Assembly: GCF_001194135.2 (NCBI RefSeq)
Contig: NC_068983.1
Span: 140,198,524 to 140,245,386 of the forward strand
DNA length: 46,863 nt
Source of the DNA: Octopus bimaculoides
Taxonomy: Eukaryota
Direction of reading: 5' to 3'
The first letter of the stretch is position 1. Each line of letters starts with the position of its first letter. The notes under the pieces were generated by a model. It made no database searches. It was not told the origin of the DNA and worked only from the letters and a program-made list of their open reading frames with translations. A program made the translations under genes and the position numbers. This document shows positions 26,633 to 40,382 of the stretch, piece after piece.

Positions 26633-26923
26633 CATTTGCATAGCTTTTAATGCTGGAGATGTATTACAGTGTCAGCTGTTCACTACCAGTGAACTAAAGT
26701 AACACCTCTTATTTTTCGAGCACCTTCCGGAGTATTTGAGCAGTGCTGTTTTCTGCAAATATTCCAGCGTTATTGCAGCCCCTATTTGTTACACGTACAT
26801 CTTGAGATTTTTGCTTACTGTTTCCAGCGCTCCGACAATTATTGGTACTACTGGTACTTTTTTTCATCGACAACAACTGCTTAACTTCCCAAGATAGCCT
26901 GTCATATGTCTCAACTTTTCTTT
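26633..26923 (-). mobile_element. R4/Dong-like LINE, copy C, non-inverted 3' segment
   Basis: QRKVETYDRLSWEVKQLLSMKK..VPIIVGALETVSKNL...YLQKTALL...ILRKVLEK*, then a 3' UTR and (AAT)n tail. Confidence 0.9.
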
Positions 26924-27557
26924 GAACCGCTATCGCTAGAAGTAAGAAGGTCAGTCTTGTGTAGGATGAAAACATAAAACACTATACAAAGATAAACCAC
27001 TATACAAAAAAATTGAAAATGAATCAAACTTAAAATAGGTGCGTAAAGAAATGAATGCATGGACAATTTCATAATGATGCTGAAGATAAAGCAGACAGAG
27101 AAAAAGTTGGCTGTGAATGACTAAAGGTGATTTAAATCCGGAAACGGAGGCTTGAATTCGTGCTGCCCAAGAGCAAGCACTAAGAACAAATTACATAAAA
27201 TACAGAATAGACAACACAGTAAAAAGTGAACAAAACGGTGAAAACGTATGGTATATTATCAGCACATGTACGCCGCTAACCCAGAAGGAATATAAGAGAC
27301 GCCACGACAATATAGCCAGGCTTGTCCATTAGACCCTCTGCGACATGTATGGACTTGACAGAGCAAAACATTGGTACGACCACAAAACATGAAGGCGTTG
27401 TCGAAAATAGAAATGCAAAGATCTAATGGGATTTTATGATTCAGTGCGACCATGACATAAACAATAGGAAGCCGGATATAGTCTTAACTGAGAAGGAAAA
27501 CAAACTATGCTGGATCATAGATATAGCATGCCTCGCTGACACCAAAGTCTGCGAGGA
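26924..27557 (+). mobile_element. R4/Dong-like LINE, copy C, inverted 5' segment
   Basis: The plus strand reads EPLSLEVRR...MHGQFH...KGDLNPETEA*IRAAQEQALRTNYIKYRID...QKEYKRRHDNIARLVH...WDFMIQCDH...KPDIVL...IIDIACLADTKVCE. Confidence 0.9.
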
Positions 27558-28820
27558 TGTAGTGTTACATGCATACCTTTCCATGCACGCCACCATCTCT
27601 GAACGAAAACAATAGAATTCCACACTTCGTAGCTCGTTCCTCAGCAGTCAATCGATCGGCCATCTGGAAAATAAGGAATAAAACGATAAAAAATTTAAAT
27701 TCACCATTAGTGTTTTTCTGTTTAAAAGGTGTGTTCGTCATGACTTTAGTGATACTAAAACTTCTCTAAGCAATTTCTAATGCCTAGTTAATTTCCACCC
27801 ACCCTACACACATATATGTATATATACAACCATACACACGTACATACATATATATGCGAGTGCGTGTGTGTGCGTGCGTGTGCGTAAATGTGTGTGTGTG
27901 CGTGTGTATGTGTGTGGGCCCGCGTGTGCATGCATGCACTTAAACACATTCCCTCATGCACTGACATCTACACAATATTTTTTTTATTGAAATTCACTCA
28001 CACACTCACACAAACACGTGCATTCTCACACACGCACATTTAAATGCATTATCAAATCATATCCTGAAGAGTGTCACGTAGTTTTCCCCGCGTAATTTTC
28101 CTCATTTAGCTTGGTAATTTTTTGTTTTATTTTAAATGTATTAACATTATCTTAGCTATAAATGATTTGAAGTTGAAACGAATTTGTTATTTAATATAAT
28201 TCTCAAATCTTTCAGTGACGCCATCATCTGCAATAAGGACTATTGTTCAGTTAAATTTAAAAGAAATCTCGATTTTACTTTTTGCACTCTTACCACACTA
28301 ATCATATTAAAATTTAATGACGTTTTCCGAATTGTTTTATCTCGAAATAACTTTTATCTGAACATTCTTTTTTTTTTTAATTTCTTTCAGTTTATGTTAG
28401 TATATAATTTCTTAGTGACTTTACAATCACAACTTAGGTAATTAAAGTGAAGTTTATAGTTCGTTGATGAAGCTATATTAGCCCAGAGGTTTTTGGCGTC
28501 GTCTCTCTTACTACCCATAATAATTTTATTAATATTTAGTATCTTTTCTTCATCGTAAATTGTTTCAAATTATCTGTTTAATACTTCCTGCATTGAATAT
28601 GTTAAAAGTAACGCAACATTGTTTGAAGGAGCATTTCACTTTTGAAACATCAGGGCTTTTAACTAAGTAATTATTCTTCATAATATATTTATGAATTTTC
28701 TCTGAATAAATGACATTGCTATGGCTTTGACCAATAATGCGGATTCTTCTAACTGTAGAATTCTGCTTGCGATTAATTTTAATTAAAAGAACCCCATTGA
28801 TTTCGTTACAACTCGCCCGC

Positions 28821-28878
<58 letters not shown>

Positions 28879-29823
28879 CCATACGCACACACACATTCTG
28901 TTTTTCTATTATAAAATATGAAACGACTAGCCTAAACAGTGACAAAAGAATTAGATTTATATCTACAGCTAAAATATTAAAACGTAAGTCTCAGTAATCT
29001 TTAATATGATTTCACAGCAAGTTTATAAATATATAATAACAAAGTTCCACATCTCATTTTGCTATTCAGAAGTGCATAGGAGGTGTTATTCGAGCAAGAG
29101 AAAGAAATATTTCATTTCATTTACAATAACACTTTTTAACCCTATCTACACAGGAGTATGACAACATTCCTATATTCGGTCTGGTGCTGTACCGTATTTA
29201 TCAAACTAATGAAGCAATCCAAGGATGAAATACCTGAACACCTGAGGAGAAGATTACAGTCGTTTGAGTTGACTCTGATAATTCACTGATGTATTATCTA
29301 CTACACAAAGAATAAGTACAAGGTTTAAATCAACCTTGTCAGATTATGAAAGGAAAATGTTTAAAGATATTTCATTACGTATATTCTTTCTTTGGAACAT
29401 TTCTAATATAGTAATATTTCACACTGACATACGATTACAAAGGTTAAGGCAGTCGAAATTAATTTTAATAACTCCCAGTACGTTATTGATATCTAGTTAA
29501 TAGAAGCCAGAGATATCATCAGAAACCCAATAAACTTAGAAACAACCATATTTGTAAATATTGAGAAACATTTAACTCAGCACTCTATTTTCCTGGAATT
29601 CTGCGTGGGTTCTAATTCCAATATATATATATAATAACGTCTAACTGAGGATAAAAAGACTACATATTTTAGTTGAAGAGAATAGTCAATTAAATTGATT
29701 GATACCCATATTTATTGTAACCGCTGGGAATGATAAAAGGTAGAGGTAAAACAAACGATATTTCATTTCAGAACTCGACAGTCACGTAAATGAATGCCAT
29801 AGAAATATTTTGTCCTACTATTA

Positions 29824-30030
29824 TGTGGCAAGCTGGCTGAATAATTACTGCGCCAGAAAAAATGCTTTGCGGCATTTCTTCCGATTTTGCATTCTAGTTT
29901 CAATTGACGCCGTGGTCGATTTTGCTTTTCATCTTTTCGGGGTCAATAAAATAAGTAGCATTTGAATATTTATCGATGTTATAGATTTACTGGCCTCGTG
30001 CAAAAATTTGAAACCGATATTTACTTTAGA
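29824..30030 (+). mobile_element. Degenerate, near full-length tRNA-derived SINE
   Basis: TGTGGCAAGCTGGCTGAA...GCGGCATTTCTTCCG...TTCTAGTTTCAATT...GGTCGATTTTGCTTTTCATCTTTTCGGGGTCAATAAAATAAGTA. Confidence 0.6.
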
Positions 30031-32871
30031 ATTAGAAACGCTTGTCCATACATATGCATGAATTTCAATATAAAATCATTAGTAAAACCCTCGAACATGG
30101 GAGGTTTGGGTTAAATCATTGTATAGATTAGAGAACCGACCAAACACTCAGATAAATGTAACCGATTAAGCTAACCCCTGCAAGTTCTCTCTCTTAATTT
30201 ATCGATGCTACTAGGAAAGAAACCGTTGCCAACATTGGAAAGATTTGAACGTCGAACATACCTAGTCGGAACACACTCTAATAACTGACAATAACCAATA
30301 GAATTCGAAAAAGTTGAAATTCTGTTCCTTAGAATATGTTATATATTCTTTTGTTCCTTGAAACGCTTGTATTTTTTCATTCCATGGAAAATTAAATTGA
30401 TGAGATTATTTTTTTTTCTTTTGTTTAGCTGTTACTATATTTTTTCTGCATCTCATCAAACGCTACGCTGATATCAGACAAGGCAGCTAAATTAAATCCA
30501 ATTAGTAAATGGAGATAAAACTATTTTGCCAGCAGCACAGATCAAGTTCTTCGCAGTAGTCTATTTCTGAGATAATTTCAATTTACATCAACTGCAATAT
30601 TTCTTCTCTTCTTCAAATTCTTTGAAAAATATTTTGTTTCTATCTTATTTTTAAAATGAAATTCTGTTCGTAATATATTTGAGTGGGCTATAAAATTATA
30701 TTATTTTTAACGGCATTTCAAACCATATGCATAGATACATGCAAGTTTCTTTGCGGTCACTTCAGATTCCATTGTATGGAAAATCGTTTACATAAATTAT
30801 ATAAGGATATGTTTTTCCTATTTCTAATCTGTACACATGTACAGCTGTAACTAGCTACATATTTGTGTGTTTCAGTCTATCTCTCCATTTTCTATTTGGT
30901 TTATCTGTAGCTGCGTTTCGTTTAATCTCCACCCTGTTTGTCCCTTAAGTTGGTGTTTAAATGTCTTTATGCGTACGTCAACATGATTGTTTAGACTTTG
31001 TTGTCATTGTAATTTCAGCCTTGGCAAATAAACAGATTGTGTATAGGAACTTATTATTTCAATTTATAGATCAAAAACGTAACACAAGGAACAGCGACTG
31101 TGCAAGAACTTGAGCCGGCTTAATATTATTTGGTATAGTTTGTAGTCCATGTTTAAGGACAACGGATTTCGATTGAAAGTGTGGTACCATTATCTGTTCA
31201 ACCAAGGACCGTCACATAACTAGTACAGTTTGGGTTCCTGAAGAGGTCACTTCATTCTCATTGCATCAACTGCGTCATCATGAATTCAGTATCCGTATTG
31301 AGATATGGCTGAAATCCTGTCTAATTCTGAGTTAAAATCTCCTCTATATGCAGTTGCAGAGACTATAAGTGTTTGATAATATGTGCTACAATAAAACAAT
31401 TTTTGTCACATGTCAAAGTACAAAACTATCTCTAAAAATGTGTGTCTCTATGATAGGGTGTGTATGTTGTAAGTTACAAATAACTTTATCAGTAGCTAAA
31501 TATCAATATACTTGCTAATATATTACGTTGCATTTCATAACGTTTAAGAATATTCATTGAAACAAATGCGCCTTAATCACGCAATACCTTAATTTGATAT
31601 ACTTGAATTATTCGCACTGGCTTAATATAAAACGTTTTTCCTGAAACACTACATTCTAGTGAATAATTCATACATTCATATAATATTTCGTCTTTATCTA
31701 GAGAAACTCGATTATACCTCATTCAACTCGATTATACAGGTGTATTAAATTTTGTACTACTCGCAAATATGGGGCATGTTCCTTCCACAATACGTCTCAT
31801 AGCTTATTACAGACATCTATAAANNNNNNNNNNATATTTGGTAAGCTAACTTAAAAAATCATCACCAAAATAGCAGAAAAAAATGGTCTATTATAGGGAG
31901 GGTTTTCCCATACGATAAGGGTAGGGGGTATTGCAACTCGTGCAATCTTGCGTTGTTTTTTTATTCTATTTTCTAAGCATAAACTAATTAGTAAACGAAC
32001 ATATAATGGGTCCAGATGTGTTCACGTTCGCAAACATACATATTTTTGGTTTAGATAATTTCATTGTTTATTTCTCCTATAGCAGAACTTTGTTATGATC
32101 GGGTATTAAGGTCTGGGTTTTGGTATTTTTAGTTCTGCTATTGCTCTATTTACTTATTCGTACGTCTGTTCATATACATGTGCAAGTGTATATACATATG
32201 CATAGGTATACGTGGAAAAATGTGTGTATATATGTGTATGTATGTATATATGTGTGTGTTTATATATGTATATGTATATGTATATGTATATATATGTATA
32301 TATGTATGTATGCGCATATGTGTGTGTATGGTGGTTTGTATGTGTATAGGGTGGGTTTTTTTGTATATGTATATATAATTTTATAATATATTTTAAAATG
32401 AGGTTTTTTTAACATATTTTTATATTCATATATATATGTGTGTGTGTAGATGTATATGTGTGTGTGTGTGTGTGTATGTATGTGTGTGTGTGTGGATGTG
32501 TTTATGACTTGTGAACTTTGCTTCTTTGTGTATGCATACATATACATGTGAGAGTGCACGTGCGTGCGTGCATGAACGTGTGTGCGCGTATGAACGTATA
32601 TGCGTGTGTGTACGGGCGCACACGCGGATGCCTGTATGTAGATAATAGCGTTCTTTTTGCTAAAACTTTGAAAATTTTGTTCGATTTTTGTAATTGTGAA
32701 CAGTTTGTGTTTTTAAACGGAGTGTATTTTTTCTGATGTTATATTTATTCCTGAATGATGTGTAAAGAAATTTTGATTGAAGCATTTTAATGAATTCTTT
32801 ATACTGAAATATATATTGAAGAAGATAAATATGTTCTTTTGAATTTATACGTTTTTGCGTCGTAACTCTTT

Positions 32872-32916
<45 letters not shown>

Positions 32917-33809
32917 CAAATAATCAGTTTTTTTAATTAGTTTTACAGATTGTCACTTAGCATATTCTGTACCAATATACTTTACATAAAAATGGGATGT
33001 TAATAACAACTACGAACAAACTCACAGGTAGCTGAAATTATTAGCTATGTTGCTGGAGTCATTATACTTTGTCAAGAGGTATATTTACTTTCAAAATGCA
33101 CAACCCATACTAATTGATGACCACACCATTTACTGATGTGAGCTCCGATATTACATCATTTCGCTTCATGAGTCATCCATGTTTGAAAGAGATTCGTAAA
33201 ATATTTAGCAGTTCTACCTCTCGATTTACAGGAAGGTCTTCCTGGAATTTATTTTGTTATTGTAGTTGCTTTTGTCACTTTTTTGTCTCTTTGAAGATCA
33301 TACATAATTAACCGGTAGTTTTTTGCAACTAAAGAGGCTATATTTTTCAATGTGTCCGTTTTACCAAAATGGAAGGATGTGTCTTAGTGAAATTTCCTTA
33401 TTAATTGTAGCTACTGGAACTATAATGTAAAGACTTAATGAAGGGTTTCTGATATCTTAGAGGTAGGTAAATCAAGGTTTCAGTCGTGATAGTCAGTCTT
33501 ACAGACTTGTGTAATCATGTAAAGCGTTTTGCAAATTCAGGCAGGGTTATATTTAGCAGTCCGATCTATGCATATCGATCTGCAACAATCAATAGGGAAA
33601 CATTTGCCAAAATACATTGTGCCTCACTATAAAGATGAACACACAAGTCTCATGAGAAAATATCGACGAAGAAAAAAGAAACAACAGGTTCTGTGAAATA
33701 GAAGTAATACATAAATTTTATACTTTTTTTAAAAGAATAAGTAATATAATGGATAATGTAATATTATACAATTTATATATAGTGTGAAACACCATATTCC
33801 AGCAGAAAC

Positions 33810-33909
33810 CTTATAGGGGCGAAATGACTATATGGCATTGGATCATTTGTTCGCTCAATGTGTTTGAGCCCGGAATTTACAGCTCTATGTCTTTTGATCA
33901 CCTCTTTGC
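33810..33909 (-). CDS. Candidate exon (GKEVIKRHRAVNSGLKHIERTNDPMPYSHFAPIR); unverified
   Basis: The first AG after a long pyrimidine tract (CCTTATTCTCATCCTTTTCTTTTTCTTTAC...ATACAG|); a single open frame; weak donor AAG|GTTTCT. Confidence 0.2.
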
Positions 33910-34879
33910 CTGTATTTAGGCCCAATGTTTGCAGTAAAGAAAAAGAAAAGGATGAGAATAAGGATGCGGTGAAATTAGCGAGAAACTATAACGGTTAGAA
34001 CAATGTCCACACCAATGTTAGTATCACCATGAACAAAGAACAACATGATGCATATATATTTAATGACCTCATATATGATGTGAAATGAAACCCAGAAGCC
34101 TAACAGCAAACCATTCACATACAAAGAAATAACACATTGCAGTAAATCTAGCATGCGGATATCTCAATTTTCACTAAAATATATTGTACAATGTATCAAC
34201 ATTGATTGTTTTTAATCTTCTGACTGTTCCAACTCTCTTGCTTCCAATATACAAATTAGTGCCACATACCCTAAAATCTTTGCTAAGCAATGATAAAAAT
34301 TACCTAAAGATGAGAGGCAAATAGAATGAATATGTATTCCTTGCATCGAAACCATTTCTGTGATCACCTCCTGCCAGAAACCAGAAAAGCTATAATTAAA
34401 TCCGAAAAATCACAGCTCTAAAGGATTGTTAAAATCAAAAGCATATATCTAAAAGACATTGCTTCTGAAAACATCACTTCCTGCAATATATAAACTACTC
34501 TCAGGAAATATGCCAAACATCTAGAATCTAGATATCATGTAAAAAAAGTATATCTAGTGTTGCTTCATTTGCAAATATTTTATATAACGATAGGAAATTT
34601 AGTTGCAATATTTCCTATGCGATATGTAGTTAAAAATAACCAGAAATGTATTTTTTACATTGTGATCTTTCCTAAACTTTAATTTATCAGACTTTCAGAG
34701 ACAAGTGGTAGGTAGGAAGGAAGTAGTCATCACATCGACACTTGTCTGCAAGCGTGTGAATGGATTTAAAGGAATTCTTCAAACGCGTTTTGGTATAAAA
34801 CGAATGCAGAAATTATTTCCAACATGACACTTTGTCTTCTTGAACGATTCCACCAATCTATCCTTCTGGAATGCAGCTG

Positions 34880-34986
34880 CATTTTACCGTCCTCAGCGGC
34901 CAGATTTGAACTCAGAAGCAGAGAGTTGGCAAAAGTTTGCAAGGCAATTTGTTCTGCGTTTTAACGCCTTGGTCAATTTGCTGCCT
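34880..34986 (-). mobile_element. Degenerate SINE head
   Basis: GATTTGAACTCAGAA...AAGGCAATTTGTTCTGCGTTTTAACGCC resembles the 37530-37610 head. Confidence 0.45.
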
Positions 34987-36209
34987 ACTTATACAATTTT
35001 ACTTTACTAAGAATTAAAGATCATGAACCAATATCATTATAATATAGTCTATAATCTTTAGAACTAAATATAAATATGATGCTATAAATCTCGAGTGTTA
35101 TGCTTAAATGTCAAAGGAGAAGAAATGGAATGGTTTCCAAAGATACATAAAATAAACGAAAAACAAATCGGTTCGATCAATCAAAGAATAAAAATATAAA
35201 TATCTGTGTTCTAATATACATAAGATGATCAGTTTAAGATATAAATATAATTCGTTGAATCAAAGGATTTATAACACAATACATTTTTTATCCTCCTTCA
35301 AACATGAATATAGATTCGATTTTCATCGCTTTCTATTTTACACTGTTTAGTTGATGTGAGATGAATAATATATTTGAAAGTAACTACATCTCCAGAAAAA
35401 TAAAAACCAAAATATACATAGAAAATAAAGCATAAATACGTCAATATTCATGCACATATAATGCTGTATTTTAGCAAGGCCATTTTATCAATAAGAATCA
35501 GATGCAGAGGTTCGCTTTAACTTCCATTTATGGACTTACTCTATTAATTGACGAATTAACCAATAAATAAATCAATTGCTTGATTAATGGTTTCGTCAGT
35601 CAAACTTTCATTTGGTTTGTCAGAACATTGCGTCACCATTTGTGGAATAATCAAAGGTATAGAATTCTTATTAGTGAGAGATCCTGTTGTCTATAAGCTT
35701 TTATATTGTCTTTATGAATATTGCTCATATGCCACAGGCATTGTGTGAATGCATGTGTCAACGTGTGAAGGTACTTAGCCGGAAGAAGTTGGGTTACACC
35801 TGTCAGTACATTTTTTAGTTTTTTTATACACCAAAAGAATAAAATGTATTCACAAACTGATTAGTGTCTTCACAAACACACGCACGTATATTCACATTTG
35901 CGACCCTTCCACATAGGTACACACATAGTAATATATATATATAGGTATGCAGAGTTAGCGGTTGGAATAGACGCCTAAGAGATAAGAATATCCGTTCTTA
36001 CTACCAGTATCAGTTACCTATGTTAAGCCTAGACATGGGTATTCAAGCACACTATGCTCATAGGGTACAGGTAATGAAAAAATAAACAAGAGTTTATCAA
36101 GAATAACATTTTAAATAAGCACAAAATGGAGAAAAGTTTAGATCAACAAACGAACAATTTGACCAGCATTAGTTAATTACTTTTTAATGCAAAACGTAAC
36201 GTTGCTTAC

Positions 36210-36292
36210 GGGTGTTTCGGCTACCAATGCCAGTCGGTGCTCACAAAGAAAATTTCGAAAATAATATTCTTCATCTTTATAGCACATTCGAT
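36210..36292 (-). CDS. Candidate exon (DRMCYKDEEYYFRNFLCEHRLALVAETP); unverified
   Basis: T-rich upstream tract, acceptor TACTAG|, donor CCC|GTAAGC and an open frame with complex composition. Confidence 0.25.
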
Positions 36293-37386
36293 CTAGTACA
36301 TGGAACTTTATCAGTGTCAATACAAGTACATAAAATAAAAAAAAAATGGGGAAGAAGGAAGAGGAAAGAACGGGGCATTGAGATGAGGCAAGTAGGCTCA
36401 ATAAATTAGAATCATACCATTTTGCAGTGTGAAGCTTCAAGTCACTGGGAAAAAGAGTAAATTAACAAATAATCTAGAAAAATATTTATTGAGAGTCATC
36501 AATTTTTACAGGGGTATCAGGTGGTATAAATAATAGTAAAATAAAACTAGTGCAAGAGTAAAACAGGAATCGCCAAGAAGTCTAGAAAAAGGAAACTATT
36601 TGTGATTTCGTAAATAGAGCTAATTAATATTTATCCAAAAACATACCCGTAAAGTTTTTATAATAGGGTACTTACTGAAATATTCAAGAGATCAGCCACC
36701 TGTTGTCCGTAATATAATTGACCAAAGTCGAGTCATCTCTACAGTTGGTCAATTACAATTAAAACCAAGGGCAAGCTAAGACAGTTACAGGACTAGACGT
36801 AAATAAAGAAGTAAATAAACCAGTAAATAAAAGCTGGTGGTGAGAAGACTGTCCTAAGTGGCACGAGGCCAATTGTGCTGTTCTATATCATTTCAACAGA
36901 AAATAAAATAACAAAATTTTAAAATAAAATAAAATAAATGCCAACAACCATACGGCAATAAACTTCTGACTGTTAAGAGGAGACTGCTGTAAGGGAGGAG
37001 CTTGCTAGTGGAATTGCCATTGAAATATAATGTTAAATCTAACATCTTAAATACCCAGCATATTTCCAAATGGTAGTAATATTAGACGAACGAGTAAATG
37101 TCTACACATTCTTGAGTACATTCTGCCTATTAGACATACGAGGGGCACAATTACAAAACTCTAAACTAGTTAAACGATTACAAGTTAAATCGCTTGCTAA
37201 ATACTAACATGGTTGTCAATTCAGGGTCCTATTACAGTTTACTAAATATATATTATGCTATAATTAATATTACATTGTTAATATTACTAAACTTGTCGTT
37301 ATATTCAAGGATAGCCGCAGAGTGAGAGGTGTATATTCCCGTGACGTCAATTTCTGTCCAATGCTATAATATACAAAGCTGATACT

Positions 37387-37616
37387 TATTTCTTTATTGC
37401 CCACAAGGGGCTAAACATAGATGGGAAAAACAAGGACAGACAACGGGATTAAGTCGATTACATCGACACCAGTGCGTTACTGGTACTTAATTTATCGACC
37501 CCGAAAGGATGAAAGGCAAAGTCGACCACGCCGGAATTTGAACTCAGAACGTAACGGCAGATGAAATATCACAAAGCATTTCGCCCGGCGTGTTAACGCT
37601 TCTGCCAGCTCGTCGC
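37387..37616 (-). mobile_element. Young full-length tRNA-derived SINE with 16-bp target-site duplication
   Basis: The head (minus strand) is GCGACGAGCTGGCAGAAGCGTTAACACGCCGGGCGAAATGC...GAGTTCAAATTCCGGC. ATACAAAGCTGATACT occurs at 37371-37386 and 37628-37643. Confidence 0.95.
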
Positions 37617-38849
37617 ATCGCGAGCTGATACAAAGCTGATACTGTGAAGAGAAAGATTAAGTCAAACAAAAACACCAGTGAAGGTATGTATATCAATGTA
37701 TAAATATTCAGATACGTGCTTTACGTCTATATTCTAGAGCAAAATACAGGTATAGTTATGCATATGTGCATATAAATACACGTGTATATTTGTCTATGCT
37801 TGTACATATAAATATATATACATGTTGGAGGATGTGTGCGTGTTTACCAGCGTGCGTTTGTGTATTTCAATATATGTAATTGGAGAGGGTTCTGCTATGT
37901 TTTAATTAGCATATCTTCGTTGAAATTTCTGATATTTATTGATTTTTGATCAATGTGCTTTGGCGGTGTTGAATAAAGTAAAGCTGCAAAGGAACAATTG
38001 ATTCAAATGAGCATACATTTTATATACATCTAAATTAAATTTCACAACATAGGTATACAGATTAATATAATGTAATCTATATACTACCTGACAGCATGTC
38101 TACAAGGTTGTAAGTAATGTTGTTTCGCATAGATGAAATCTATGATGAAATGATATTGTAGATGTGACCACCCAATCGGGTTTTATAAGTTTACTTAAGT
38201 GTTTTTTCTGTGTCTCACGAACCAACTGGTAGCAGCTGAGCTATACACTGGCAGATAGTGGATTGAAGGTGGAGTGAAGATCCGATGATTGCTATGGGGA
38301 TCTAGTCTCTCGTTTCAAATTTAATTCATAAAACTATGTACCGATATTTTGCGCATATCCCTGTATAGTTGTATTGAATATGAATCAAAAAGTTAATATA
38401 CACAATTTGTGAATGCACTGCTACCCCTGAGTCATTTATTCGTGTTTAGATGAAATGAGACTTTCTGTTTTAGTGTTTCGCATATAATATTTGATTTACA
38501 ATTGAATTTCACTTTGGTTCAATGTTTTTTCTGTCACACTTTTTTACTTTGTTTTTTTTTAATCCTATTTCTGGAATTCTGTTGCGACTGTAGCATGTGT
38601 TCTTTCCAGAATTCCTGTTCTTTTACTCTTATAAAATCTTTAACTTTCATGCAGATAGGTTTTCCTTCCTACTTCATTGTTTCCTAAGGTGAAAAGAAAA
38701 TCTTTATTTCTTTGTTTCCTTATAAGAAATAACATATTTCTATTTATACATTTTAATGGTATTTTTGTCAGGCATTGCCGTCATAGAGGACAAGATACGT
38801 ATAATATAAATCCTTATTAAGAGCAAAAGGCAGCAAATCAAGATAGAAT

Positions 38850-39295
38850 CGTCAGTACGACGCATGAAATGTTTAGCGTCATATCTTCCAGCTTTATGTT
38901 GTGTTAAAAACCTGCTTAGGTCGATTTTACTTTTCATCTTTACCGTCTGAGCATTTGGGTGGATGTATCGACTAGGACCCTCTGCCAAAACTCTAATGAG
39001 ATCAAACTAAACAGCACATGGCCTTGCAGATAGGGCTCAATTTTTCTTCGAGTCCTGTAGCCCATTCCGCTTAAAAGTTCCTGAATGAGAGTTGTTTAAT
39101 GATGATGAACGAAGCAGTCATGTTTCCAAGAGTGAACTGTTCATACCTCAAAGAATCCCACTCAATAAATGGCTACGGTGCTCCCCAATTACAAGTGCTC
39201 GTGGTCAGAGATTCACATATTGTCAGCCACTGATGGACATTTTTAACTGCATAAGACCGAGCAAATATGTCATTGAGCAGAATATTCATGATAGC
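38850..39295 (+). mobile_element. Possible P-element/THAP9-like transposase relic
   Basis: Broken frames give PALCCVKNLL...YRLG...QIGLNFSSSPVAHSA*KFLNES...EAVMF...NGYGAP...WTFLTA. The order resembles PHL.KC.RN / RL..KL / QLFSSSVA..L.FL / EA...F / KGYKAP / W..FL in P transposases. Similarity is weak and judged by eye. Confidence 0.3.
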
Positions 39296-40004
39296 CCATT
39301 TTTTTACACCAAGACAAAATAATACTTCTTAACATTTCCAATCAGTTAAGATCAGAAACCATAAGTGCCATTCTCTAATACTGCATCCGGACATGCTTGG
39401 TACCGATAACAATAAATGGGGTACGGTAATCTGCAATTGGGTGTACGAAGTGAAACTCATTTGGTTTATATAATCTTTTATACGAACTACACATGTATAA
39501 ACAAGATTTATCTAGTTGCAGCTGATGTCCTACTAAAGCGCTGCTACAGTTTACAGTAGATTATAAAGAAAAGACATAAAAATCTTGTTTATCTAGCAAT
39601 CAGGTCGAATGTCATACTGATCTGGAATGCCAATTGTTTGATGTCCATGATTTTTTCTTCATTTTGCAAATACAAGAAAACCGTTTCAAGGGTGGATATA
39701 AATAGGATTCAAGCGCAATATTCAAACGTTTATACAACTCAGCCCTTAATTTAAACAAATTTCACCAAAACCAATCCAGCCATGATAATCCTATATTTGA
39801 TTCTGGATTGCGTTTGCCTAGGTGCTGATTCTCCTTTAATACAAAATGGAATGATTAGCAGAAGAATTAACTGTATTTTGTTCCTGACTAAATTGAAGTT
39901 ATAAGCGGTTCAGTTCCAAAAGTCTGAGTAAGATGCTGTTAATGCCTCTTCGTTATCGCACATTACAGAGAGTGGGCAAAAGGTGCGCATCAAAACATTT
40001 GATA

Positions 40005-40321
40005 TACTCTTTTACTCTTTTATTTGTTTCAGACCTTTGACTGCGGCCATGCTGGAGTACCGCCTTTAGTCGAGCAAATCGACCCCAGGACTTATTCTTT
40101 GTAAGCCTAGTACTTATTCTATCGGTCTCTGTGCCGAACTGCTAAGTTACGGGGACGTAAACACACCAGCATCGGTTGTCAAGTGATGGTGGGGGGACAA
40201 ACACAGCACACAAGCACACACATATATACATACACACACACATACACACACACACATATNNNNNNNNNNNNNNNNNNNNNNNNNNNNNNNNNNNNNNNNN
40301 NNNNNNNNNNNNNNNNNNNNN

Positions 40322-40382
<61 letters not shown>

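Noticed and set aside
37342-37349. Perfect CRE palindrome TGACGTCA
   Set aside because: A single 8-mer is unsurprising by chance in 47 kb, and there is no promoter context.
39100-39140. FPRV.C motif reminiscent of innexins
   Set aside because: Flanking residues do not match the innexin extracellular loop, and the frame has stops.
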